DNA of 64,000 nt, from the NCBI GenBank assembly GCA_047517285.1, contig JAKZTE010000003.1, positions 474 to 64,473 of the forward strand, written 5' to 3'. The DNA is from Nitrososphaerales archaeon (GTDB taxonomy: Archaea > Thermoproteota > Nitrososphaeria > Nitrososphaerales > UBA57). The translations under genes and the position numbers were made by a program. This document shows positions 47,770-57,224 of the stretch, piece after piece. Under the pieces are notes generated by a model. That model was not told where the DNA came from. It worked only from the letters and a program-made list of their open reading frames with translations, and made no database searches. How positions within the stretch are numbered: the first letter of the stretch is position 1; each line of letters starts with the position of its first letter.

Positions 47770-48884
47770 TTATGAAAATAGCAATAATACATTACGATAT
47801 ATCTATGCAAACTGGTGCGCAAAGATTAGTGCTAGGAATGGGAAATTCTTTAAAGAAACTAGGTCATGAAGTTGCTTATTTTACTGCTATTTACGATGAG
47901 GAAAAGGCATTTGAAGAGTTTAGAACAGAAAATGTCATAGTTAGTAATGGAAAGCTAGATTATTTTGGAAAATTTAGAGCAATAACTGCATACCGAGAAA
48001 GTAAAGAGATGATGAAAACTGGGATTGATGAATTTAAACCCGATTTGTTTGTGTTTAGTTCAAATTATTATCTGGCAGATAAATATAAACCATCAATGAT
48101 ATATTGTCACCATCCAGAACAATTATTAGTTAAAAAAAGTGATTTAATCAGAAGATTATTACATTTTCCAATAGATCGAGCAGAGAATAAAGGATTCAAA
48201 GAAACAGATTCAATATTATGTAATTCTGATTTTACAAAAAGTGCAATTCATGAGAAATTTAACAGAGATAGTACAATTATCTTTCCAGGAGTTGATATAG
48301 ATAAATTCACACTGAATGAGACAGATAATAGATACATTCTGACAGTCAATAGAATTGTTCCAAATAAGAATCTTATATTCTCAATAGAATTGATTAAAAA
48401 AATGAAGAAAAAAGACAATAAAATAAGATTAATCATCGTCGGAGTAAAACAATTAGGATTTGAATGGCATTTAGATGAATTAAATAAGAAAATTAAAGAA
48501 TTAGATTTAATCGATAATGTAGAAATTCACACAAATGTAACAGATTCAGAATTAGTGAATTCATACAAGAATTGTAGTGTATTTTTATATACGCCCAAAG
48601 AAGAACATTTCGGGATTGCGCCAATTGAAGCAATGGCATGTGGAAAACCTGTAATTGCATTCAATACAGGCGGGCCAAAAGAAACTATAATCAACAATAT
48701 AACTGGATACTTGTTACAAGATGATTTAGATCAATGGGAGGATAAGATATTTAATCTGTTAGAAAATAATCAAAAGAGAATGAAAATGGGCATATCAGCG
48801 AGAAATAGAGTAGTGAATGAATTTAGTTGGGATGCGTTTATGAGAAAGATAAAAGAAGATTTAGAACAGATACAAATTAGTTAA
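47766..48884 (+). CDS. Glycosyltransferase family 4 (GT-B)
   Basis: 372 aa; EHFGIAPIEAMACGKPVIAFNTGGPKETI. Confidence 0.85.
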   Translation: MIMKIAIIHYDISMQTGAQRLVLGMGNSLKKLGHEVAYFTAIYDEEKAFEEFRTENVIVSNGKLDYFGKFRAITAYRESKEMMKTGIDEFKPDLFVFSSNYYLADKYKPSMIYCHHPEQLLVKKSDLIRRLLHFPIDRAENKGFKETDSILCNSDFTKSAIHEKFNRDSTIIFPGVDIDKFTLNETDNRYILTVNRIVPNKNLIFSIELIKKMKKKDNKIRLIIVGVKQLGFEWHLDELNKKIKELDLIDNVEIHTNVTDSELVNSYKNCSVFLYTPKEEHFGIAPIEAMACGKPVIAFNTGGPKETIINNITGYLLQDDLDQWEDKIFNLLENNQKRMKMGISARNRVVNEFSWDAFMRKIKEDLEQIQIS

Positions 48885-50845
48885 AACAGATTTGAATCAA
48901 TTTGTAAAGAACTATTAGGAAATACTACTGCATCAGTATCATTGCCGTGTTGTTTTTGTAATTCACGAATGAGTAAATCCCAGTTATTGAAAATTTTGAC
49001 GTCTTCTGAATAATGATCGTAGATATAATTTTGATTAATTGTAGGACAATAAAATATAAGATTTCGATTTCGTAGTGGGCCGCCAAATGTTCCATGTTTA
49101 TCTCTACGAATATGGTGAATCATTCCTTTACCTACTAATCCATGTTCGCCAATTCCTTCAGATGCAGATGTGATTATGACAATTGTTCCGCCTTTTCGGA
49201 CAATTTCTTTATCTGAATCTCGAGAACCCCATACATTGAGTGAATTTAATGCAAGTAAGAACCATGTGTCACGAGGAAAGGCATTAAAAATTCCAACGTC
49301 CATGTTGTACGGAGCATTTGTGGAATAAACTTCAAGAGCTTTCTTTGAGGCAGTATTGAATACATCGACAGGATTTCCGGAATATATAGAAGCAGTATCG
49401 CCAAGAGAATTAGAGATAGTATTAACAATAAAATCTAGCCCGGCCATATTTGCTGCCTCTTCTATATCAGCTCTTCTGCTATTGTTCTCAACTTGTCCAA
49501 TTTTACCTTGAAGAGATTTATTGACAGGTCTATGGTTTACGTCAATAGATTCGATGCCTGCAAGGCCAGGCAATACGATTTTTCCACCGCCACTAAAACC
49601 AGCATAAGGATGTGGCATCAGAGTTCCAATTCCAATTTTAAGATCTGCTTGAAGGTATAAGTTGTCGATATATACAGGAGTGCCAGCAGATGTTTCTCCC
49701 AGATATTTATTGTTTTGATAAGCGCTATGGCAGTATATTTTATATTTAGAAACGATTTTTGTTCCTAGTTTCTTACACAATTCATTGTGAGTTAGGGATC
49801 TATGAGTTCCTGTACTGATAATGAAATAGATATTTTCATCAGATAGGCCAGAGTGGTGAAGTTCGTCTAGAATAAAGGGAATAATTCTGAAGGCTTGAGT
49901 GGGTTTAGTTAAATCATCGACTGCAATACAAACGGAATTTTTTTGTTTAGCAAGAACAGATAATTTTTCTGAATTAATTGGATTGGAAATTGAATACGAG
50001 ATATCTTCTTCAGAGATTGCCGATGCGTCGTTCATTTGAGAGATATTAATATTCCAAGATTCAGGAAAAGTCAGATTTAATGATTCATTACCATACCAAG
50101 ATTTCCAAGGTACAGAAATAGAATTAATTTCCTTAATATACGACCAATCAAAGTCTTTCATTAGTAGTTCGGTGAATCGGAGATCAAGGTTTTCATCAAT
50201 ATTTAGTGAACGTTCAGGAGGCATAATATATGCATGACTCTTAGTTCCTTTGAGTGATTTTGAATTTATGAGAATATCGCGTTTAGTAGCATAAATTGCT
50301 CCATTTCTTATATACACAGGAGGAAGAGATTGCCGTGGCATATTTTCTACGGTTTCATCTGCATAATCAACTAATTCATCATTAACAATTTTTTTCATTC
50401 TATGAGGATGTATAGCACCAACGTCGACAACACTAATAACAGAATCATAATCAGATGTGAACAATTTGGTTACACAATAATCAATATCGTCTGCAGTACG
50501 TAAGGGAGTTGTAGGTTGTAGCATTACTACTGCGTCGTAAGTAATGTTTTCTTTTTTCTCAAGTTCCAATATTGCATGAGTAAGAACGTCAATAGCTAAT
50601 GAATCATCTTGTGCCAATGAATCAGGGCGAATAAACGGAACAGACGCTCCATAGGATTTAGAGATACGAATAATTTCGTCGTCTTCTGAAGATACAATAA
50701 GATTAGACAGAGTTTTTGATTTTAATGCTTCTACAATTGTATAAGATATAAGAGGGCGATTCAAGATAGGTTTAATATTTTTTCTAGGAATGGTTTTTGA
50801 CCCTCCTCGAGCAGGAATAATACCAAGAATACGCTTATCAGCCAT
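48881..50845 (-). CDS. Fusion protein: CMP-ulosonic-acid-type cytidylyltransferase (N) + LarA-like nickel-pincer racemase/epimerase domain (C)
   Basis: 654 aa; the N-terminus has IIPARGGSKTIPRKN...LQPTTPLR. Residues ~240-654 carry LarA/DUF2088 motifs: DDLTKP, STGTHRS, PHPYAGFSGGGKIVLPG, DVNH, GGTIVIITSASEGIGEHG. Confidence 0.8.
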   Translation of the reverse strand: MADKRILGIIPARGGSKTIPRKNIKPILNRPLISYTIVEALKSKTLSNLIVSSEDDEIIRISKSYGASVPFIRPDSLAQDDSLAIDVLTHAILELEKKENITYDAVVMLQPTTPLRTADDIDYCVTKLFTSDYDSVISVVDVGAIHPHRMKKIVNDELVDYADETVENMPRQSLPPVYIRNGAIYATKRDILINSKSLKGTKSHAYIMPPERSLNIDENLDLRFTELLMKDFDWSYIKEINSISVPWKSWYGNESLNLTFPESWNINISQMNDASAISEEDISYSISNPINSEKLSVLAKQKNSVCIAVDDLTKPTQAFRIIPFILDELHHSGLSDENIYFIISTGTHRSLTHNELCKKLGTKIVSKYKIYCHSAYQNNKYLGETSAGTPVYIDNLYLQADLKIGIGTLMPHPYAGFSGGGKIVLPGLAGIESIDVNHRPVNKSLQGKIGQVENNSRRADIEEAANMAGLDFIVNTISNSLGDTASIYSGNPVDVFNTASKKALEVYSTNAPYNMDVGIFNAFPRDTWFLLALNSLNVWGSRDSDKEIVRKGGTIVIITSASEGIGEHGLVGKGMIHHIRRDKHGTFGGPLRNRNLIFYCPTINQNYIYDHYSEDVKIFNNWDLLIRELQKQHGNDTDAVVFPNSSLQIDSNLF

Positions 50846-50848
50846 GAA

Positions 50849-51790
50849 TTAACTTCCTTCCCAATTGTATATAGTTTTTCCATTGATTTTAGAAGCAAAA
50901 CGCCCACGATAATAATCTCGATTAAGTAATTCTTCATAACTTAAAGAATGGGTTTTTGAACCCAGCATATCTTCATAGTCTGGAATAGTTTCTACGAGTT
51001 TAGATAATTCATCATGAGTAAACTTTGAATGGTCGACAATGTTTTTTAATTGTTCAGGATTAACAGATACAGGGCCATCTTTTGTTTGTAAGTCGTCAAG
51101 TATAGTAAAATGACGCTCTATTACATCAGCGCCTTTCCACATTGCTAAGATATCTGGATCAATTCCATGTTGGCTAGGACGAGTATGATCACTAAATCCT
51201 ACAGAATCAGTAAACTGACGAAGATAATCAATTCTATTAAGATTTAGTTTGTCTACAGGCGTTGGATAAATTGTAACACAATGTAAAAATGAAAAGTTTT
51301 GGTCGCTAAGTATATCAGCAGTAGTTTCAATTTCCGCATCATGAGTCGCACCTGTTGAGACATAAATATGATTAAATTTATTTTTTAAGTCATTAATTAA
51401 TGGAAAACTTGCACAATCATAACTTGCAATTTTGATTTCTTTAAAACCGAGTTCAATAATAGGCTCGAGCCGATTACGATTAAACACAGTAGTAAGAGGG
51501 ATTACACCTGCAGCTGAACATTCGTCTATAAACAGAGCGTGTATGTCAAATCCAAGTTCCAATTTACTTAATCTTTCGAACTCGGGCGAGTAAGGTCTCT
51601 TAATGGATTTTATAACGCCATTAGAAGTGACTCCATCTTCAAATCGTTCTCGAAAAGTCAAATCTTCGGAGAAAATTGTTTGTATCTTAACATGTGATGC
51701 GCCAGAATCCGCTGCGCGCCAAATCATATCTTTTAGAATATTTACATCGCCGTTATGATTTTGACAAAGTTCAGCAATTATTTTTGTCAA
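50849..51790 (-). CDS. NeuB-family sugar-acid (ulosonic acid) synthase lacking the C-terminal SAF/antifreeze-like domain
   Basis: 313 aa; IIAELCQNHNGD, HVKIQT, KIASYD, VGFSDHT, VIERHFT; the sequence ends ~85 aa after the barrel with no SAF-like segment. Confidence 0.78.
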   Translation of the reverse strand: MTKIIAELCQNHNGDVNILKDMIWRAADSGASHVKIQTIFSEDLTFRERFEDGVTSNGVIKSIKRPYSPEFERLSKLELGFDIHALFIDECSAAGVIPLTTVFNRNRLEPIIELGFKEIKIASYDCASFPLINDLKNKFNHIYVSTGATHDAEIETTADILSDQNFSFLHCVTIYPTPVDKLNLNRIDYLRQFTDSVGFSDHTRPSQHGIDPDILAMWKGADVIERHFTILDDLQTKDGPVSVNPEQLKNIVDHSKFTHDELSKLVETIPDYEDMLGSKTHSLSYEELLNRDYYRGRFASKINGKTIYNWEGS

Positions 51791-51842
51791 TATAATTTAA
51801 AATTGAATTGCTAAAATATAAGCCTGTTATTAATAATAACAT

Positions 51843-52739
51843 ATGATAGGTGCTTCTACTTCATATTATGGGTATCATGGAGAATCAATTGAAGATAAGG
51901 TAAAGAAATTAATCGACGTATTTACGAGATGTGAAATGCAGCCATATATTCAGATTGGAGCAGGAAAAAATAATACCGAATACAAGGAATTAGTTAAGAT
52001 ATTGAATAACTATAGAGATGGAAATAAAGTAATTTACACCATACATCAAAGTATTTGGTTACCTTCAGATGATTTCTACATAAATATTGCAAGTTCAAAT
52101 GAACAAGTTAGAGAAAGTAGCATTAATTGTATAGAAAGAAATATTGAATTTGCAAGAGACATAGGAGTGAAAAACATATCGTTTCATGGAGGTTATGCAA
52201 CAAACATTTTGTCTCAGAAACAGGAATTTGCCCCATTGGATTCACAAGATAGTATTAGTTATGAAGAGGCATACAGTAATTCAATCTACTCACTGAATAG
52301 ATTAATTGACATAGCAGATGGAGATGTTAAATTAAGTATAGAAAATTTTAACTTTCGGCCTGAAAGAAGGTATTTATTTTCAAGAGTTGAAGATTTTGAT
52401 AAAATACCAGATAAAATAGGAGTGATTATGAATATCGGACATCTATACTATACTAAAATGAGATTAAAACAGGATGATTATATTACAGGAATGATTAATG
52501 CGTTGACAGATAAGGTAAATGAGATACATATTAACGATAATGATGGTTCTGAAGATTTGCATAAACTTGTGGGCAAGGGAGATATTCCAATAAAAGAAAT
52601 ACTGTCGCAGATTAAAGAAAAAATAGATCTGCCGCATTTAATTATTGAAGCGCATAAAGAGAGACATGGTTATTCAGATGATGACCTTATGAATAATATA
52701 TTAGAACTAAGAGAAATAACCAGAGACTATATTGTTTGA
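51843..52739 (+). CDS. Xylose-isomerase-like TIM-barrel protein (sugar phosphate isomerase/epimerase family)
   Basis: 298 aa; ISFHGGY, LSIENFN, NIGHLYY, IHINDNDG metal-ligand-like motifs. Confidence 0.65.
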   Translation: MIGASTSYYGYHGESIEDKVKKLIDVFTRCEMQPYIQIGAGKNNTEYKELVKILNNYRDGNKVIYTIHQSIWLPSDDFYINIASSNEQVRESSINCIERNIEFARDIGVKNISFHGGYATNILSQKQEFAPLDSQDSISYEEAYSNSIYSLNRLIDIADGDVKLSIENFNFRPERRYLFSRVEDFDKIPDKIGVIMNIGHLYYTKMRLKQDDYITGMINALTDKVNEIHINDNDGSEDLHKLVGKGDIPIKEILSQIKEKIDLPHLIIEAHKERHGYSDDDLMNNILELREITRDYIV

Positions 52740-54421
52740 TAATCTATGTGTTCGATTTTTTCGATCATTTCACGTCCAAACAAACTCCATCCATCAAAGA
52801 ACATACATGGTTGATTAGTTTTAGAGAGTAAAGAATAAACATCCCATTTAGAATAAGATTCATGATTGTTCATAATCAATATACAGTCGGCTTTTGTAAA
52901 TCCGTCTTCGATACTTGTGGGTTTTATATTAAAGGATTCGAGTTGTGTTTTAGCAACTACCGGATCATAACCAAATAGATTATCCGAAAACTTAGATAAT
53001 TTACTAGTTACATCCAAAGTAGATGATTGACGAGTATCAGACGTTTCAGGATTTCCTTTAAATGCAAAACCAACAACAAATATTTTTAATTTAGAGATAT
53101 CTTTATTTTGAGATTTACTAAAACGTTCAATTTTTTTAATTATATGATCGGGCATACTTTCATTAATAATTCTTGCAAGTTCAGTAAGTTTTGGAATATA
53201 ACCAGTATCTTTAGAACTAGAGATTAGAATATGAGGGTCTTTTTTAAGACAGATTCCGCCAACGCCAGGGCTTGGTTTAGGAATATTATTTCGAGGATAT
53301 CCTTCATTAGCAGCTTGAATTAATTTAGATGTATCAATGCCATAATTATCAGCAAGTAGTGCAATTTGATTAGAATAAGCAAAAATCATATCACGAAATG
53401 TATTATCCATAAGTTTAATCAGTTCGGCTTCTTCAAGAGAGTCAACGTTTACAATAGTATGCGTTAATTTGTTAAATAGACTATTAGCAAGTTGAGAACT
53501 AGTAGAGTTGAATCCTGAAATAATCTGAGGCAACTCACGGATTTCTTTTAATGCCTTACCTGCAAGAGTTCTTTCAGGTGCAGAAGCAATATAAAAATCA
53601 TTATCGGAATTTAGACCAGAAGATTTCTCGAGAATTGGGATGATATTATTTCGAGTAGTTCCAATTGGAACAGTGGATCTAATAATAACTAAATTATTTT
53701 TTGATAAATTATTTGCAGCGTATTCGGTAGCAGAATTAAGATAGTCGAGAATTGGTTCGTTATTATCATCAATAGGAGTCTGAACACATAATATGTATAC
53801 GTCAGAATTGGATTTAGAAGAAGTAGATTGGATTTTTAGATTCTTGCCGACATGGAATTTTAAGAGAGATTCTAAACCAATTTCATGTATATGAGGTATT
53901 CCTTGACTTAATTTTTCGACAATTTCTTCATTGGAATCTACTCCTGTGACTTTAAAGCCAACTTCTGCAAGAGATACTGCGAGAGTTAAGCCAACATATC
54001 CTAGGCCAATAACAGAAATCGAAGGAGTGATTTTTTCGATTAATTTTGATTTATCTACAATATCAACAACTTGATCGTCGTCATTAACAATTAATATATT
54101 ATGATCAATTGCTTTCAGTTTATCGTCATGAATTGATAAAGTATTTATTTTGTCGTTAGAATAAAATTCGTTAATAGTGAAAGGAGACCCATTCATAATG
54201 AGATCAACTGTTTCATTTAAATTATGATTGTCAAGTAATGCGCGCCTTATATCTCCATCAGTAACAATACCAAGTAATGAAGTAGAATCATCAACAATCA
54301 GTGCAATACCAGAAGGTAGATTATTATGAGGAGCCTGATTAATTTTTTCGAGAACGTCCTTAATCTTAGTATTAGGAGAAACAAGAATTGAATTATATTT
54401 ATTTATCATACCAACCATCAC
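52727..54421 (-). CDS. CBS-pair domain fused to a nucleotide-sugar dehydrogenase (UDP-ManNAc/UDP-Glc dehydrogenase family)
   Basis: 564 aa; N-terminal CBS pattern (LLGIVTDGDIRRAL ... VVDIVDKSKL), then ISVIGLGYVGLTLA and catalytic-Cys motif GVGGICLKKDP. Confidence 0.85.
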   Translation of the reverse strand: MMVGMINKYNSILVSPNTKIKDVLEKINQAPHNNLPSGIALIVDDSTSLLGIVTDGDIRRALLDNHNLNETVDLIMNGSPFTINEFYSNDKINTLSIHDDKLKAIDHNILIVNDDDQVVDIVDKSKLIEKITPSISVIGLGYVGLTLAVSLAEVGFKVTGVDSNEEIVEKLSQGIPHIHEIGLESLLKFHVGKNLKIQSTSSKSNSDVYILCVQTPIDDNNEPILDYLNSATEYAANNLSKNNLVIIRSTVPIGTTRNNIIPILEKSSGLNSDNDFYIASAPERTLAGKALKEIRELPQIISGFNSTSSQLANSLFNKLTHTIVNVDSLEEAELIKLMDNTFRDMIFAYSNQIALLADNYGIDTSKLIQAANEGYPRNNIPKPSPGVGGICLKKDPHILISSSKDTGYIPKLTELARIINESMPDHIIKKIERFSKSQNKDISKLKIFVVGFAFKGNPETSDTRQSSTLDVTSKLSKFSDNLFGYDPVVAKTQLESFNIKPTSIEDGFTKADCILIMNNHESYSKWDVYSLLSKTNQPCMFFDGWSLFGREMIEKIEHIDYQTI

Positions 54422-54430
54422 ATCGTCAAT

Positions 54431-55822
54431 TTAAACTGAATATTCTTTAGTGAAATCTATTATAAATCTTAGCAGGCGTTCAGAAGATTTACCGTCACGA
54501 TAATAGCATTGATTATCTACAATTTGATTACGGCCATTAGAATCAAGTTCAGAGTTATTGAGATAGCGATTTATAAACATATTCAAATCTTCTTCAGATT
54601 TAGCGATTTTCACGCCTTTAGATTCTACAATATCAGCATAGTGAGAGTATTGAAAATGACGTTTAACTGAGCGATTAAAGGATAAATCAAGATTAGCATC
54701 GAAGCCAATGTTTACCACAGGCGTATCGAATAAACAGGATTCAATAGTTATGGTAGAAGCGACATTAATCATAACGTCTGCATGATGTAGAGTATTTGAT
54801 AGAATAGAATAATCGTCGAAATCAGATTTCCATACATAGCCTGAATCTTGAAACTCCTTTGACGCTTTTCCTGGAGTCTGAATTAAGACATCAGGTTTAT
54901 CAATCAAATCATCGAAGTCAGATAAACTACGGCGTGGATGAACACGCAATAGGAGTTGACAAGGATGGTCAAATTTGTTGTTTTGAATCATATCATAAAT
55001 CATTTTAACAATAAAGGGTTCAGAATCAGAAAGTTGGGCAGTGCCAGTTGCATATAATAAAATCTTTTTATTTTCGTCTCCGTGTAAGGTGTTAATGAAT
55101 TTTCCGCGGTCAAGTAAAGAAGAGCGATTTGAATGAATGTCGAATTGTGGAACTCCAGTAATTGAAACGGATTCATCTGGATAGCCAAGAAGATTTATTG
55201 CTTCTTGTTTCATTATATTATTCCAAACAATCAATTTATCTAATTTAACAGGGACTTCCCATTTAGATGTAAGGTTGTCCCAACTTGGAACATAACCAAG
55301 GATTGGAATCTTAGATTTATGTGCATGTCGTAGGATAGGATATGTATAAAATGAAAAAGGATATGTTACAAAGATGAAATTAGGTGAGAATTTAGAGAAT
55401 AGATCGTCATATTCAGAATTACTAAAAAATACAGAATCAGACCATGCAAGAATATTTTTAATGGTTGTACTTTTTGCAAAGAGTTTACCAATAGATTTTC
55501 GAATAACAGATAGAAGAGTATGTGAAGAATCTAATTCAGAAATTTTTATTTTAAGAGTTTCAGAATGAGGTTTACTAGTATCTGCAAATACATAATTTCG
55601 CAATAAACCAAGGGCAATTTCAGACTTTGTACGTGGAATTTTCTTGAGAGTTTTAATAATCACGTTTGGGTTATTAGATTCAATCATATTTGGTTCGCAA
55701 AGTAAAATGATTTTTAGGCCAGAATTTGTGAGGATTTCTAGATTTTCCTCATTAATGATTGAGTTCCAGCCTATGCCATATGGAAGAACAATTAACAAAG
55801 TTTTATCATTATTTTCGGTCAT
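54431..55822 (-). CDS. Unassigned GT-B-like glycosyl/glycerophosphotransferase-like protein
   Basis: 463 aa; KILLYATGTA, LLLRVHPR, INVASTITIESCLFDTPVVNIGF loosely resemble TagF/capsule-type GT-B enzymes. Weak assignment. Confidence 0.35.
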   Translation of the reverse strand: MTENNDKTLLIVLPYGIGWNSIINEENLEILTNSGLKIILLCEPNMIESNNPNVIIKTLKKIPRTKSEIALGLLRNYVFADTSKPHSETLKIKISELDSSHTLLSVIRKSIGKLFAKSTTIKNILAWSDSVFFSNSEYDDLFSKFSPNFIFVTYPFSFYTYPILRHAHKSKIPILGYVPSWDNLTSKWEVPVKLDKLIVWNNIMKQEAINLLGYPDESVSITGVPQFDIHSNRSSLLDRGKFINTLHGDENKKILLYATGTAQLSDSEPFIVKMIYDMIQNNKFDHPCQLLLRVHPRRSLSDFDDLIDKPDVLIQTPGKASKEFQDSGYVWKSDFDDYSILSNTLHHADVMINVASTITIESCLFDTPVVNIGFDANLDLSFNRSVKRHFQYSHYADIVESKGVKIAKSEEDLNMFINRYLNNSELDSNGRNQIVDNQCYYRDGKSSERLLRFIIDFTKEYSV

Positions 55823-55886
55823 TTTTCATTTAAACTGGTGTAAGATAGTAAGAAACTTAATTAAAATGTTTTGAATAATATTAATC

Positions 55887-57224
55887 GTGGATAAGAAGCA
55901 AATACAAGAACTGCCAAGAAATATCAAATTAGGGAACAAAAAGATAGCAATATATGGAATTGGATTTGTGGGAACTGCAATTGCATCGACATGGTTAAGG
56001 GCAGGAGCATCGGTTATTGCGGTGGATAAGAAGAATATATTAGTCAATAACATCAATAATAAGAAAATTACCAATTCGGAACCAAAAGCTAGAGAAGCAT
56101 TTATTGAGGGAATAAACAGTCAAAGATTAACAGCTACTACAAATGGAAAATGGGCATCAAAATATTCTGATATAAAAATTATAGCAGTGCCAGTAGGATT
56201 AGACAAAAGATCGGCGGATTTAAGATTTTTGTATTCGGCGGTAGAAGATATAACAACAGGATTAAAAAAGAACGACGTTATAATTATAACCCCAACAGTG
56301 CCAATTGGGACTTCTAAGAAAATTATTAAATGGATTGAAAATAAAAGTAAGTTAAAAGTTGAAAAGGATTTCTTTTTAATATATACGCCGGAGAGAATAT
56401 CTGCAGGTCAGGCAATTAGTGATATAGAAAATAATTATCCGCCAATATTATCTGGAGCTGGAGAAACCAGTATAAAGATTGCAAATAAAATGTTTGAAGT
56501 GATTTCATCGAAGAAACCAATAATAATGTCAACGATTGAAGCTGCAGAAGCTGAAAAATTAATTGAAGGTTTATACAGAGATGTAAATATTGCATTAGCA
56601 AATGAACTATCAAGATTTTGTGAGAATGTAGGAATAGATTATTGGGAAGTTAAAGAAGCGGCAAATTCACAACCATATAGTCATTTGCATAAACCAGGAA
56701 TAGGAGTAGGAGGTTATTGTATTCCAGTTTATCCTTGGTTATTAACACAAACAGCTATAGACAAAGGAATAGATATGAATTTTGCATTATTAGGAAGGTA
56801 TACGAATGAAAAGATGCCAGGATATTCTGTCAGTCGAATAATGTCAGAAATTAACAATAAAAAGAAATTAACTGCACTGATTTTAGGATTGAGTTTTAGA
56901 GGAAATGTAGCCGATAATCGTATTTCTCCGACTTATGACATTATTGATGAACTGATTCAAATTAACATAAAGGTAAGAGTTCATGATCCTTTCTTTAGTT
57001 ATGACCCACTATTGCCAAAAAAAGTCAAATTAAGTAAGGATTTAGACAAAGTAATATCCGGAGTAGATATAATAATAATTGCCACTGATCATAATGAATA
57101 TAAGGAAATTACAGAAGACTATATAATTAGGAAATCAAAAAAGAAACCATTAATTTTTGATGGAAGAAATATATTAGACAGATCTAAGTTTGAAAAACTG
57201 AAGATACTAACTATTGGAAAATGA
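55887..57224 (+). CDS. Nucleotide-sugar dehydrogenase (UDP-glucose/GDP-mannose dehydrogenase family)
   Basis: 445 aa; IAIYGIGFVGTAIA, PGIGVGGYCIPVYP; GTG start. Confidence 0.85.
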   Translation: MDKKQIQELPRNIKLGNKKIAIYGIGFVGTAIASTWLRAGASVIAVDKKNILVNNINNKKITNSEPKAREAFIEGINSQRLTATTNGKWASKYSDIKIIAVPVGLDKRSADLRFLYSAVEDITTGLKKNDVIIITPTVPIGTSKKIIKWIENKSKLKVEKDFFLIYTPERISAGQAISDIENNYPPILSGAGETSIKIANKMFEVISSKKPIIMSTIEAAEAEKLIEGLYRDVNIALANELSRFCENVGIDYWEVKEAANSQPYSHLHKPGIGVGGYCIPVYPWLLTQTAIDKGIDMNFALLGRYTNEKMPGYSVSRIMSEINNKKKLTALILGLSFRGNVADNRISPTYDIIDELIQINIKVRVHDPFFSYDPLLPKKVKLSKDLDKVISGVDIIIIATDHNEYKEITEDYIIRKSKKKPLIFDGRNILDRSKFEKLKILTIGK

